NCBI RefSeq assembly: GCF_900167395.1
Contig: NZ_FUWK01000017.1
Location: 15,411 to 47,410, forward strand
DNA: 32,000 bases
Reading direction: 5' to 3'
Source: Nitrosomonas europaea
Lineage (GTDB): Bacteria > Pseudomonadota > Gammaproteobacteria > Burkholderiales > Nitrosomonadaceae
Under the pieces are notes generated by a model. That model saw only the letters and a program-made list of their open reading frames with translations. It was not told the DNA's origin and searched no databases. How positions within the stretch are numbered: the stretch's first letter is position 1; each line of letters begins with the position of its first letter. Shown piece by piece: positions 9,023-16,226 of the stretch. A program made the translations under genes and the position numbers.

Positions 9023-9850
9023 TTACAGATCAATCGTACCCTCAAACACCGAAACGGCCGGCCCGGTCATCCAGACCGGCTGATCTTCTCCCTCCCAGCG
9101 GATACGAAGATTGCCGCCACGCATGGTTACCTGTACTTCGGAATCCAGCAGCCCGCGAGAAATACCGCTGACGACCGCGGCGCAGGCGCCGGTCCCGCAA
9201 GCCAGTGTTTCGCCGGTTCCGCGTTCGAAAACACGTAACCGGATATGGGTGCGATCCACGATCTGCATGTAACCGGCATTTACTTTCTCAGGGAAAAACG
9301 GGTGTGATTCGATTGCAGGTCCTTCGCTCGTGACGGGTGCCAGATCGATGTCCGGCACAATTTGTACGGCATGCGGGTTACCCATCGAGACGGCAGAAAT
9401 CTCGATTTCCCGGTCATTGACATTCAGCGGGTAGGTGAGGGCACGTTCCTGCGTGATGAAAGGAATCCGGGCCGGATCGAATCGGGGAATGCCCATATCG
9501 ACCGAGACTTCACCATTCTCCTCTACAGTTGGCATGATGATGCCGCATGCGGTTTCGACGCGGATAGTGTTTTTACGGGTCAGATCGTGGTCACGTACGA
9601 AGCGGGCGAAGCAGCGGGCACCGTTACCGCATTGTTCCACTTCTCCACCATCGGCATTGAAGATGCGATAACGGAAATCCCCACTTTCTCCGGGTTTTTC
9701 CACCACCAGCAATTGATCGAATCCGATACCGAAATGACGATCTGCCCACCGGCGGATCGTGGCAGGATCGAGAGAAACGGACTGATTGATCGCATCGATC
9801 ACGATGAAATCGTTACCCAATCCATGCATTTTCGTAAACTTCAACTTCAT
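9023..9850 (-). CDS. dapF: Diaminopimelate epimerase
   Basis: 275 aa; [12 protein letters not shown]; catalytic Cys motifs QCGNGARC and ACGTGACA. Confidence 0.95.
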   Translation of the reverse strand: MKLKFTKMHGLGNDFIVIDAINQSVSLDPATIRRWADRHFGIGFDQLLVVEKPGESGDFRYRIFNADGGEVEQCGNGARCFARFVRDHDLTRKNTIRVETACGIIMPTVEENGEVSVDMGIPRFDPARIPFITQERALTYPLNVNDREIEISAVSMGNPHAVQIVPDIDLAPVTSEGPAIESHPFFPEKVNAGYMQIVDRTHIRLRVFERGTGETLACGTGACAAVVSGISRGLLDSEVQVTMRGGNLRIRWEGEDQPVWMTGPAVSVFEGTIDL

Positions 9851-9896
9851 CTGCAGAATCTTTGAGGTTGATCAGGATGTGCATACTTGTTCCAAG

Positions 9897-10241
9897 TTAC
9901 CGGGCGGTGAACAGGGCTTGATCCCGGAAATAGATGTCATATTTTCCCGCTTGACCGGGATGGAACGCAACTCTACTATACCGGGGTTGAAATATGTCAA
10001 AACTTGGCCGTGGTGGGGAGTAGTTCTCCTTCCATTTCGGGCCACCGATGATATGGGGATGGGAACGAGTTGCAAAGGCAATGTATGATGCGTATGTCAT
10101 CGCTCTGTAACAGACGATCTTCTGCCTGCATGTCAACAAACCTGCCGAACTGGCCATATCCCCGGTTTCCAGATCATATTCCTTTTGCTCATCTGCACTC
10201 TTCCCGGGAGCTTTCCGGAAAAATCTAAATTCAAGGATCAC
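9897..10241 (-). CDS. Hypothetical protein (unsupported ORF between dapF and the pseudopilin cluster)
   Basis: 114-codon ORF with a GTG start. No recognisable motif, signal peptide or clear RBS. It occupies most of the 397-nt divergent intergenic region. Confidence 0.2.
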   Translation of the reverse strand: MILEFRFFRKAPGKSADEQKEYDLETGDMASSAGLLTCRQKIVCYRAMTYASYIAFATRSHPHIIGGPKWKENYSPPRPSFDIFQPRYSRVAFHPGQAGKYDIYFRDQALFTAR

Positions 10242-10247
10242 CTAAAT

Positions 10248-10685
10248 ATGAAGTATGCGTCAAACATCCGGCCGTGTATGGTTTATGAACGCGGGTTCAC
10301 TTTGCTCGAATTGCTGGTCGTCATGGTCATCATCGGTTTGCTGGCGGCTTATGTCGGGCCCAAGTATTTTTCACAAGTGGGTAAATCCGAAGTCAAAATG
10401 GCGCAGGCTCAGATAGATTCCCTGGAAAAAGCACTGCATCAGTACCGGTTGGATGTTGGAACTTATCCCACGACCGAGCAGGGGCTGAATGCATTGCTCA
10501 CCGCCCCTGCCAATGAGCCGAGATGGCAGGGACCTTATTTGAGCAAGCGTCTGCCGGCCGATCCGTGGGGCAGGCCCTATCAATACAAATATCCGGGTGC
10601 GCAGAACGATTTCGATTTGTTCTCATTCGGCAAGGATGGCCAGCCCGGAGGGAGTGGTGAGGATGCGGATATCACCAACTGGTAA
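10248..10685 (+). CDS. gspG: GspG-family major pseudopilin
   Basis: Prepilin motif ERG|FTLLELLVVMVIIGLLAA with Glu at +5. C-terminal GspG signature DPWGRPYQYKYPG...FDLFSFGKDGQPGGSGEDADITNW. AAGGA upstream of ATG 10248. Internal ATG 10278 would give a typical 6-aa leader (MVYERG). Confidence 0.9.
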   Translation: MKYASNIRPCMVYERGFTLLELLVVMVIIGLLAAYVGPKYFSQVGKSEVKMAQAQIDSLEKALHQYRLDVGTYPTTEQGLNALLTAPANEPRWQGPYLSKRLPADPWGRPYQYKYPGAQNDFDLFSFGKDGQPGGSGEDADITNW

Positions 10686-10703
10686 CCGTATTCGATACCG
10701 CTG

Positions 10704-11888
10704 ATGCGTTACACGGTAAGAGCCTTGCTGGCCGGAAAAGGCGCTGTGCTGCTCGAACTCGATGCGGCCAGTGAAGCCGAGGTACGCAACCGGATCAGTG
10801 CTCAAGGGGGGGTGATCCTGAGTATACGGCGGAATTTTTCCGGTTTTCTGCCCAGATCGGGTTCCCGTTTTCCGCTGTCTGATTTTTCCCAGGAACTGCT
10901 TGCCTTGCTGACAGCCGGCTTGAGTCTGGTAGAGGGTATCGAAACACTGGTCGAGAAGGAAGAGGACAGTGTGACACGCGAGTTACTCCAGCAGATACTG
11001 GCGCGCTTGCGTGAAGGAGTAACGTTTTCGCGTGCGCTGGAATTCTATCCGCAGGTATTTCCGTCACTGTATGTCGCTACCATTCGTGCCAGCGAACAGA
11101 CGGGGGATCTGGGCGAAGCACTATCACGTTATCTCGTCTATCAGTCGCAAATGGATCTGGTGCGCAAAAAGCTGGTGGGGGCATCCATCTATCCGGTTCT
11201 GCTGCTGGTGCTGGGAGGCTTGGTAGCCATCTTCCTGCTGGTGTTCGTCGTTCCTAAATTCAGCGCCATTTATGAAGATATGGGTACGGATCTGCCCTGG
11301 ATGTCCATGCTGCTGATCGAGTGGGGGCATCTGGTGCAGAAGAATGGCTGGATGCTGGCAGGAATGGCAGCGCTCTTTCTGACAGCAGCGTTTTATACCT
11401 TTTCCCGGCCGCAGATCCGGGCTCATCTGTTGCGCGCGGTATGGCGCATTCCAACAATCGGCGAGAGGATGCGGGTCTATCAGCTTGCCCGTTTCTACAA
11501 AACGCTGGGGATGCTGCTGCGCGGCGGGATTCCCGTGACCCAGGCGCTGGAAATGGTCAGCGACCTGTTGCAGCCGCACTTTCGTCCACGGGTGAAAACA
11601 GCTGCTGCACTCATCCGTGAAGGCAAGGCTATTTCCAGTGCAATGCAGAGCGCAGAGCTGACCACTGCAGTGGGAAGCCGTATGCTGCGTGTGGGGGAGC
11701 GCACCGGGATGATGGGTGACATGATGGAACGCATCGGTAATTTTCACGATGAGGAAATCGGACGCTGGGTCGAATGGATGACCAAGCTGATCGAGCCATT
11801 GTTGATGGCAGTGATCGGAACCGTCATCGGCGGCATCATCATTCTCATGTACCTGCCGATTTTCGAACTGGCGGGGAGTATCAACTGA
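10704..11888 (+). CDS. gspF: Type IV filament inner-membrane platform protein (GspF/PilC family)
   Basis: 394 aa with the duplicated GspF-type domain organisation and three hydrophobic segments. Stop overlaps the ATPase start (TGATG). Confidence 0.9.
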   Translation: MRYTVRALLAGKGAVLLELDAASEAEVRNRISAQGGVILSIRRNFSGFLPRSGSRFPLSDFSQELLALLTAGLSLVEGIETLVEKEEDSVTRELLQQILARLREGVTFSRALEFYPQVFPSLYVATIRASEQTGDLGEALSRYLVYQSQMDLVRKKLVGASIYPVLLLVLGGLVAIFLLVFVVPKFSAIYEDMGTDLPWMSMLLIEWGHLVQKNGWMLAGMAALFLTAAFYTFSRPQIRAHLLRAVWRIPTIGERMRVYQLARFYKTLGMLLRGGIPVTQALEMVSDLLQPHFRPRVKTAAALIREGKAISSAMQSAELTTAVGSRMLRVGERTGMMGDMMERIGNFHDEEIGRWVEWMTKLIEPLLMAVIGTVIGGIIILMYLPIFELAGSIN

Positions 11889-13579
11889 TGCAGACCAACG
11901 TCGCCCTGCCGGATAAACCGGCGATCGATCCGGTTATGCTCAGCCAGGCGCGTGAACAGGCCATCGCTCGCAGCACCTCACTGATCAGAGTACTGGAAGA
12001 AACTTATCAGGGCACGCCAGATGAACTGGTGACTGTACTGGGAGAAGTGCTGCGCATGCCGGTACTGACCATGAATGATCTGTATGCATTGCATCCGGCT
12101 TTTGACAGACTGCCTTTTGCACTGGCTGCCAAACGTGAATGCATGTTGCTGCAGAAACAGGATCAATCGTATCTGCTGGCGGTGAGTGATCCTTTCCGGA
12201 CGGGCCTGCGCGACTGGGTGGAGGAATATGTACCGGTGGATGCATTGTGGCATCTGGTGCATCCGGCAGATCTGGCGGCCTTTTTCGTGCAGCAGGAACA
12301 GACCATGCGTGCGATGGACAATGTGCTGTCTTCTGTTCAGGAAAATCTGATCCAGAGTGGTATCGAGGAGTTATCACTCAAAACGATTCACGAAGGGACC
12401 AGTCAGGTGGTGCGTCTGGTTCATTCGACCCTGTACGATGCGCATAAATCGCAGGCAAGCGACATTCATCTGGAGACCACGCCGGGCGCATTGTCCATCA
12501 AATACCGGATCGACGGTGTGCTGACCAGTATAGGCACCATGCAGGAGGCGAATCTGGCCGAGCAGGTGATTTCCCGGATCAAGGTCATGTCGGATCTGGA
12601 TATTGCCGAGCGCCGCATTCCGCAGGATGGCCGTTTCAAGGTTTCCATCCAGGGGCGGGAAATCGATTTCCGCGTATCGGTCATGCCGAGCATTTTTGGG
12701 GAAGATGCCGTGTTGCGGATCCTGGATCGTCAGGCGCTGACCGATCATGTCGAAGGATTGACACTGAACCAATTGGGATTCAACGCAACTTCCATTGCCA
12801 GCGTACGCCGGCTCAGCGCGGAGCCGTATGGCATGCTGCTGGTGACCGGGCCGACCGGCAGCGGCAAGACGACTTCGCTGTATGCCGCCATTTCGGAAGT
12901 CAATCACGGCCATGACAAAATCATTACGATCGAGGATCCAATCGAATATCAGTTGCCTGGTGTATTGCAGATACCGGTCAACGAGAAAAAGGGGCTGACT
13001 TTCGCCCGCGGATTGCGTTCGATTCTGCGGCACGATCCTGACAAAATCATGGTGGGTGAAATTCGCGATGCCGAAACGGCACAGATTGCAATTCAGGCTG
13101 CACTCACGGGGCATCTGGTCTTTACCACGGTTCATGCCAACAACGTGTTTGACGTGATTGGCCGGTTTGCACACATGGGTGTTGACCCTTACAGTTTTGT
13201 TTCGGCACTGAATGGCATCGTGGCGCAGCGGCTGGTGCGCCTGCTGTGCCCGAATTGCATGGTTGCAGAACAGCCGGATCAGCAGATGATCGCAGATTCG
13301 GGGATTACCCCGGAACAGGCAGAGCAGTTCGATTTTCGCTCTGCCAAAGGGTGCGGCCATTGCCGGGGTAGCGGTTATCGCGGGCGCAGCGCAATTGCTG
13401 AGATTTTGCTGCTGAATGATGAAATCCGTGAGCTGATCATTGCGCAGGCACCAATTCGTCGCATCAAGGAGGCAGCCCGGCTCAACGGCACCCGTTTCTT
13501 GCGTGAAGCGGCGCTGGATATGGTTAAAACCGGACAGACCAGCTTACAGGAGGCCAATCGTGTCACTGTCGTGGCGTAA
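11888..13579 (+). CDS. gspE: Assembly ATPase (GspE/PilB family)
   Basis: Walker A GPTGSGKTT, Asp box ITIEDPIEY, Walker B DPDKIMVGEIRD, His box TGHLVFTTVHAN. Tetracysteine zinc motif CPNC...CGHC, typical of extension ATPases rather than PilT. T2SSE_N-like N-terminus. ATG 11888 chosen over ORF start 11774, which overlaps gspF. Confidence 0.92.
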   Translation: MQTNVALPDKPAIDPVMLSQAREQAIARSTSLIRVLEETYQGTPDELVTVLGEVLRMPVLTMNDLYALHPAFDRLPFALAAKRECMLLQKQDQSYLLAVSDPFRTGLRDWVEEYVPVDALWHLVHPADLAAFFVQQEQTMRAMDNVLSSVQENLIQSGIEELSLKTIHEGTSQVVRLVHSTLYDAHKSQASDIHLETTPGALSIKYRIDGVLTSIGTMQEANLAEQVISRIKVMSDLDIAERRIPQDGRFKVSIQGREIDFRVSVMPSIFGEDAVLRILDRQALTDHVEGLTLNQLGFNATSIASVRRLSAEPYGMLLVTGPTGSGKTTSLYAAISEVNHGHDKIITIEDPIEYQLPGVLQIPVNEKKGLTFARGLRSILRHDPDKIMVGEIRDAETAQIAIQAALTGHLVFTTVHANNVFDVIGRFAHMGVDPYSFVSALNGIVAQRLVRLLCPNCMVAEQPDQQMIADSGITPEQAEQFDFRSAKGCGHCRGSGYRGRSAIAEILLLNDEIRELIIAQAPIRRIKEAARLNGTRFLREAALDMVKTGQTSLQEANRVTVVA

Positions 13580-14405
13580 TCGGATTCAGATTTTTCTGGC
13601 TCCGGATCGGGTCGATCTGACGGGGATTGCACGCGGTATCAGGCCTGTGCAGCAGTTCAGGCAATCAGGCGTGTGTGTTCAGGAAAATGATTCAAGACAG
13701 CAGTGGAAAGCGCCTCTGCGATTGCTGGAACAGATGATCGGACAGATGGATGATCGTTTCAGGCGGGGTAGCGAGTTGCATATCACGCTATCCAATCACT
13801 TCGTTCGCTATGGTGTCATCGCACCGCAGCCTTCCCTGGCGAATCCGGATGAATTGATGGCTTATGCCGGTTTCCAGATGCGCGAAATTTACGGTGAACG
13901 TATCGATGACTGGGAACTCAGCCTGAGTACCTGGGACCCTTATGGCGGCGCATTGTGTGCGGCCATCGCACGCGATTTGCAGTCAGAGCTGATAATGTTC
14001 GCCCGGCAATACGATACCCGGTTTGCGTGCATAGAACCTTATCTTGCTGCGGCGCTGGATCACTGGTCGAAGCGGCTGGTTGAAAAGCAGGTGTGGTTTG
14101 TTCTGGTGGAAACAGGGCGGTTCTGCCTGGTTGTGCTGTCCGAGGGCGCCTGGCGTTGTGCACGCAACCAGAGAGTCGTGGAGAATCTGCAGGAAGAACT
14201 GTTGGCAGCACTGGAACAGGAATCGATCATTCTCAGCCCGGATCGGTCGGTAGAGCGGGTGTATGTGTTCGCTCCCGAATTGACCGGACAGTTACCGGTG
14301 CATGATCTCCGCTGGCAGTTCGTACGCCTGCCAGATGAAAAACATCCCGCACCTTCGTATTTTCCCGGGGTAACAGGAATGGATGACAGCCAGAATCATG
14401 CGTAG
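13560..14405 (+). CDS. PilM/GspL-like cytoplasmic assembly protein (tentative)
   Basis: About 281 aa from GTG 13560, a 20-nt overlap with the ATPase gene. No TM segment. Assignment rests on position directly before PilN/O-like genes and on size; no nucleotide-binding motif recognised. Confidence 0.5.
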   Translation: MSLSWRNRIQIFLAPDRVDLTGIARGIRPVQQFRQSGVCVQENDSRQQWKAPLRLLEQMIGQMDDRFRRGSELHITLSNHFVRYGVIAPQPSLANPDELMAYAGFQMREIYGERIDDWELSLSTWDPYGGALCAAIARDLQSELIMFARQYDTRFACIEPYLAAALDHWSKRLVEKQVWFVLVETGRFCLVVLSEGAWRCARNQRVVENLQEELLAALEQESIILSPDRSVERVYVFAPELTGQLPVHDLRWQFVRLPDEKHPAPSYFPGVTGMDDSQNHA

Positions 14406-14934
14406 TCTGAAACTGAATTTCCCCTACCGCAGGCAGCAGATTCCACTGGTGGATTATCTGCTGCTGTTTCTGGGAATGGTGCTGCTGCTTGCAGTGATGT
14501 ATACGCTCAAGCAGACCATGTCGAAAATCACGTACTGGGAAGCACGCGAGGCGCGCATCGTTCAGCAGCAGAAACACACCAGGCAGCCCCGAACGCCGAT
14601 GGCGCGCATCAATAAAGCCACACAGCAGGAGCTTAAACAGGCGGATGATATTCTGCGCCAGCTCAATCTACCCTGGGAAGCGTTGTTCGATGCGCTGGAA
14701 CTGGCTGCCAGCGAGCAGATTGCACTGCTGTCGCTGCAGCCCAGTGTTACCGGTCAGACCATCCGTATTACGGGTGAAGCGCGAGATCTTGCCGCTCTGG
14801 TGGAGTATGTCCAGGCACTCGAACTGGAGCCGGTACTGAAAAATGCGCATTTGGCCAGCTATAAAGCCCGGCAGGATCATCTACGCCGTCCCATTGTTTT
14901 TTCAATCATTGCAACGTGGCACGAATCGCTTTAG
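14398..14934 (+). CDS. PilN-like bitopic inner-membrane assembly protein
   Basis: N-terminal KLNFPYRRQQ resembles the PilN NLLPxR motif. It is followed by one TM helix (LVDYLLLFLGMVLLLAVMY) and a periplasmic coiled-coil plus alpha/beta region. ATG overlaps the upstream stop. Confidence 0.55.
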   Translation: MRSLKLNFPYRRQQIPLVDYLLLFLGMVLLLAVMYTLKQTMSKITYWEAREARIVQQQKHTRQPRTPMARINKATQQELKQADDILRQLNLPWEALFDALELAASEQIALLSLQPSVTGQTIRITGEARDLAALVEYVQALELEPVLKNAHLASYKARQDHLRRPIVFSIIATWHESL

Positions 14935-15470
14935 AAAACTGGCTGGTCAGGGCACGTTGGCAGGTTACCCGTCTGGGGACCGTCGGCCGGGCAGGGGCGG
15001 GATTGCTCGTGTTGACGCTGGTATTTTTTATAGCGGCAGTCATGCCCCAGAAGGAGCGCCTGAAAGAGCTGAAAAGCAAAGTACAGGTAATGCAGCAGGC
15101 ACAGCCTGATTCTGCCGGGCAGACAAAGCTGAACAATAATCAGGCATTGCAGGTTTTTTATGATTTCCTTCCGCGCAGTGATTCTTCCCCTTACTGGATC
15201 AGTGAACTCGACAGGATCGCCAAAGACAGTGGTGTGGAGCTGAATAGCAGTGATTGCCGGCTGAAGGTGGAAAAAGAATCGAAACTGGTACGTTATGAGA
15301 TTCAATTGCCGTTGCGCGGGACCTATCCCCAGATTCGCGCATTCATTGCAAGCGCATTGCAGGCCGTGCCGGCACTCGCGCTGGCTGATATCATCATCAG
15401 GCGCGAAACCATACAGGCTGGCAGAGTGGATGCGCGCCTGAACATGCACCTTTATCTGAATGACTACTAA
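14916..15470 (+). CDS. PilO/GspM-like bitopic inner-membrane assembly protein
   Basis: 184 aa with a GTG start overlapping the upstream gene by 19 nt. One TM helix (GAGLLVLTLVFFIAAV), a coiled-coil (KERLKELKSKVQVMQQ) and a C-terminal ferredoxin-like-sized domain. Confidence 0.5.
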   Translation: MARIALENWLVRARWQVTRLGTVGRAGAGLLVLTLVFFIAAVMPQKERLKELKSKVQVMQQAQPDSAGQTKLNNNQALQVFYDFLPRSDSSPYWISELDRIAKDSGVELNSSDCRLKVEKESKLVRYEIQLPLRGTYPQIRAFIASALQAVPALALADIIIRRETIQAGRVDARLNMHLYLNDY

Positions 15471-15561
15471 GCATTTATCTTCGTTATCCAAATCACTTCT
15501 GGCAGTCCTGGCGGCCGTGTTCTCCAACCTGCTTCATTGCCGGGTTTTCAGTGGAATCTGA
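15460..15561 (+). CDS. Unannotated 33-codon small ORF encoding a hydrophobic peptide (speculative)
   Basis: ATG 15460 overlaps the PilO-like stop by 11 nt. TGA 15559-15561 lies 1 nt before ATG 15563 of the next gene. Peptide MTTKHLSSLSKSLLAVLAAVFSNLLHCRVFSGI has one TM or signal-like segment. It is below the ORF-track cutoff. Confidence 0.25.
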   Translation: MTTKHLSSLSKSLLAVLAAVFSNLLHCRVFSGI

Positions 15562-15562
15562 C

Positions 15563-16120
15563 ATGGCCGGCACACTTTACCGGAAACTGATTCTCTGGGG
15601 TGCTCTGGCGGCTACCGTACTGGCTGCGTTGCTGGTCGATGAGGGGACTGAGTTATCCGTGGATGATGTGGTGCAGCCGGCAGTGGATATTTCCGCTGAC
15701 AGGCGTACTGCCGGACAAACCCGACAAATACGGCAAACACACGAAACATTACCGGTCGATCAGCTGGGAAAACGGAAATTCAGCGCCAAGGCGGACGATA
15801 TATTCGCTGTGACGTCCTGGGAGCCCAAACGTACTGCATCTACTGATTTTAACCCGCAGATCTTCCAGCCTCGGAAGGAGGAGGTGGTAAGGCGGCCATC
15901 CGCGCCACCATTGCAGTTCGAATATCTGGGCCGGGTCGTTTCCGAAGGGAAGATCCGGGTCTTTCTCGCCCAGGCAGATCAGAATTATGTTGCCGGTGCG
16001 GGGGAGCGGATCGGCACTGAATACCGGATCGACCGGATCCGGGAAGATACGATCGAACTGACTTATCTTCCGCTGGGTATCAGACAGACATTGACTATCG
16101 ATCAGGGAACCTTTGATTAA
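15563..16120 (+). CDS. PilP/GspC-like periplasmic protein, membrane-anchored (tentative)
   Basis: N-terminal anchor LILWGALAATVLAALLV, then a linker and a C-terminal beta-rich region (LQFEYLGRVVSEGKIRVFLAQADQNYVAGAGERIGTEYRIDRIREDTIELTYL) like PilP/GspC HR domains. It sits immediately before the secretin. The last 5 codons and the stop lie inside MITE copy B. Confidence 0.45.
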   Translation: MAGTLYRKLILWGALAATVLAALLVDEGTELSVDDVVQPAVDISADRRTAGQTRQIRQTHETLPVDQLGKRKFSAKADDIFAVTSWEPKRTASTDFNPQIFQPRKEEVVRRPSAPPLQFEYLGRVVSEGKIRVFLAQADQNYVAGAGERIGTEYRIDRIREDTIELTYLPLGIRQTLTIDQGTFD

Positions 16121-16210
16121 GTCCTCCATGAGCCGCATTGCAGGCAAAATCGTGATGATCGCAAGAAGCGCGACAAAGGTTGTAGCTATTGGGACTTGAT
16201 CAGAGGTTCC
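16106..16210. mobile_element. MITE-like element, copy B (105 bp)
   Basis: Left end GGAACCTTTGATTAAGTCC; reverse complement of right end GGAACCTCTGATCAAGTCC (17/19). Shares TCCATGAGCCGCA and right sub-terminal sequence with copy A at 407-577. Confidence 0.6.
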
Positions 16211-16226
16211 TTAAATATCTGGAAAA

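Noticed and set aside
11124-11747. 207-aa minus-strand ORF; similar antisense ORFs at 4928-5479, 14931-15527 and 19473-20054
   Set aside because: All are antisense to better-supported plus-strand genes (gspF, slt, PilO-like, pseudopilin-like).
11888-12300. c-di-GMP-binding MshEN motif in the ATPase N-terminus
   Set aside because: The N-terminal domain looks like a generic T2SSE_N fold. I could not find the RLGxx(L/I/V)(L/I/V)xxG...Q repeat motif by eye.
12374-13360. 328-aa minus-strand ORF
   Set aside because: It is entirely antisense to the well-supported GspE/PilB ATPase gene, has no motifs, and its composition mirrors the sense strand.
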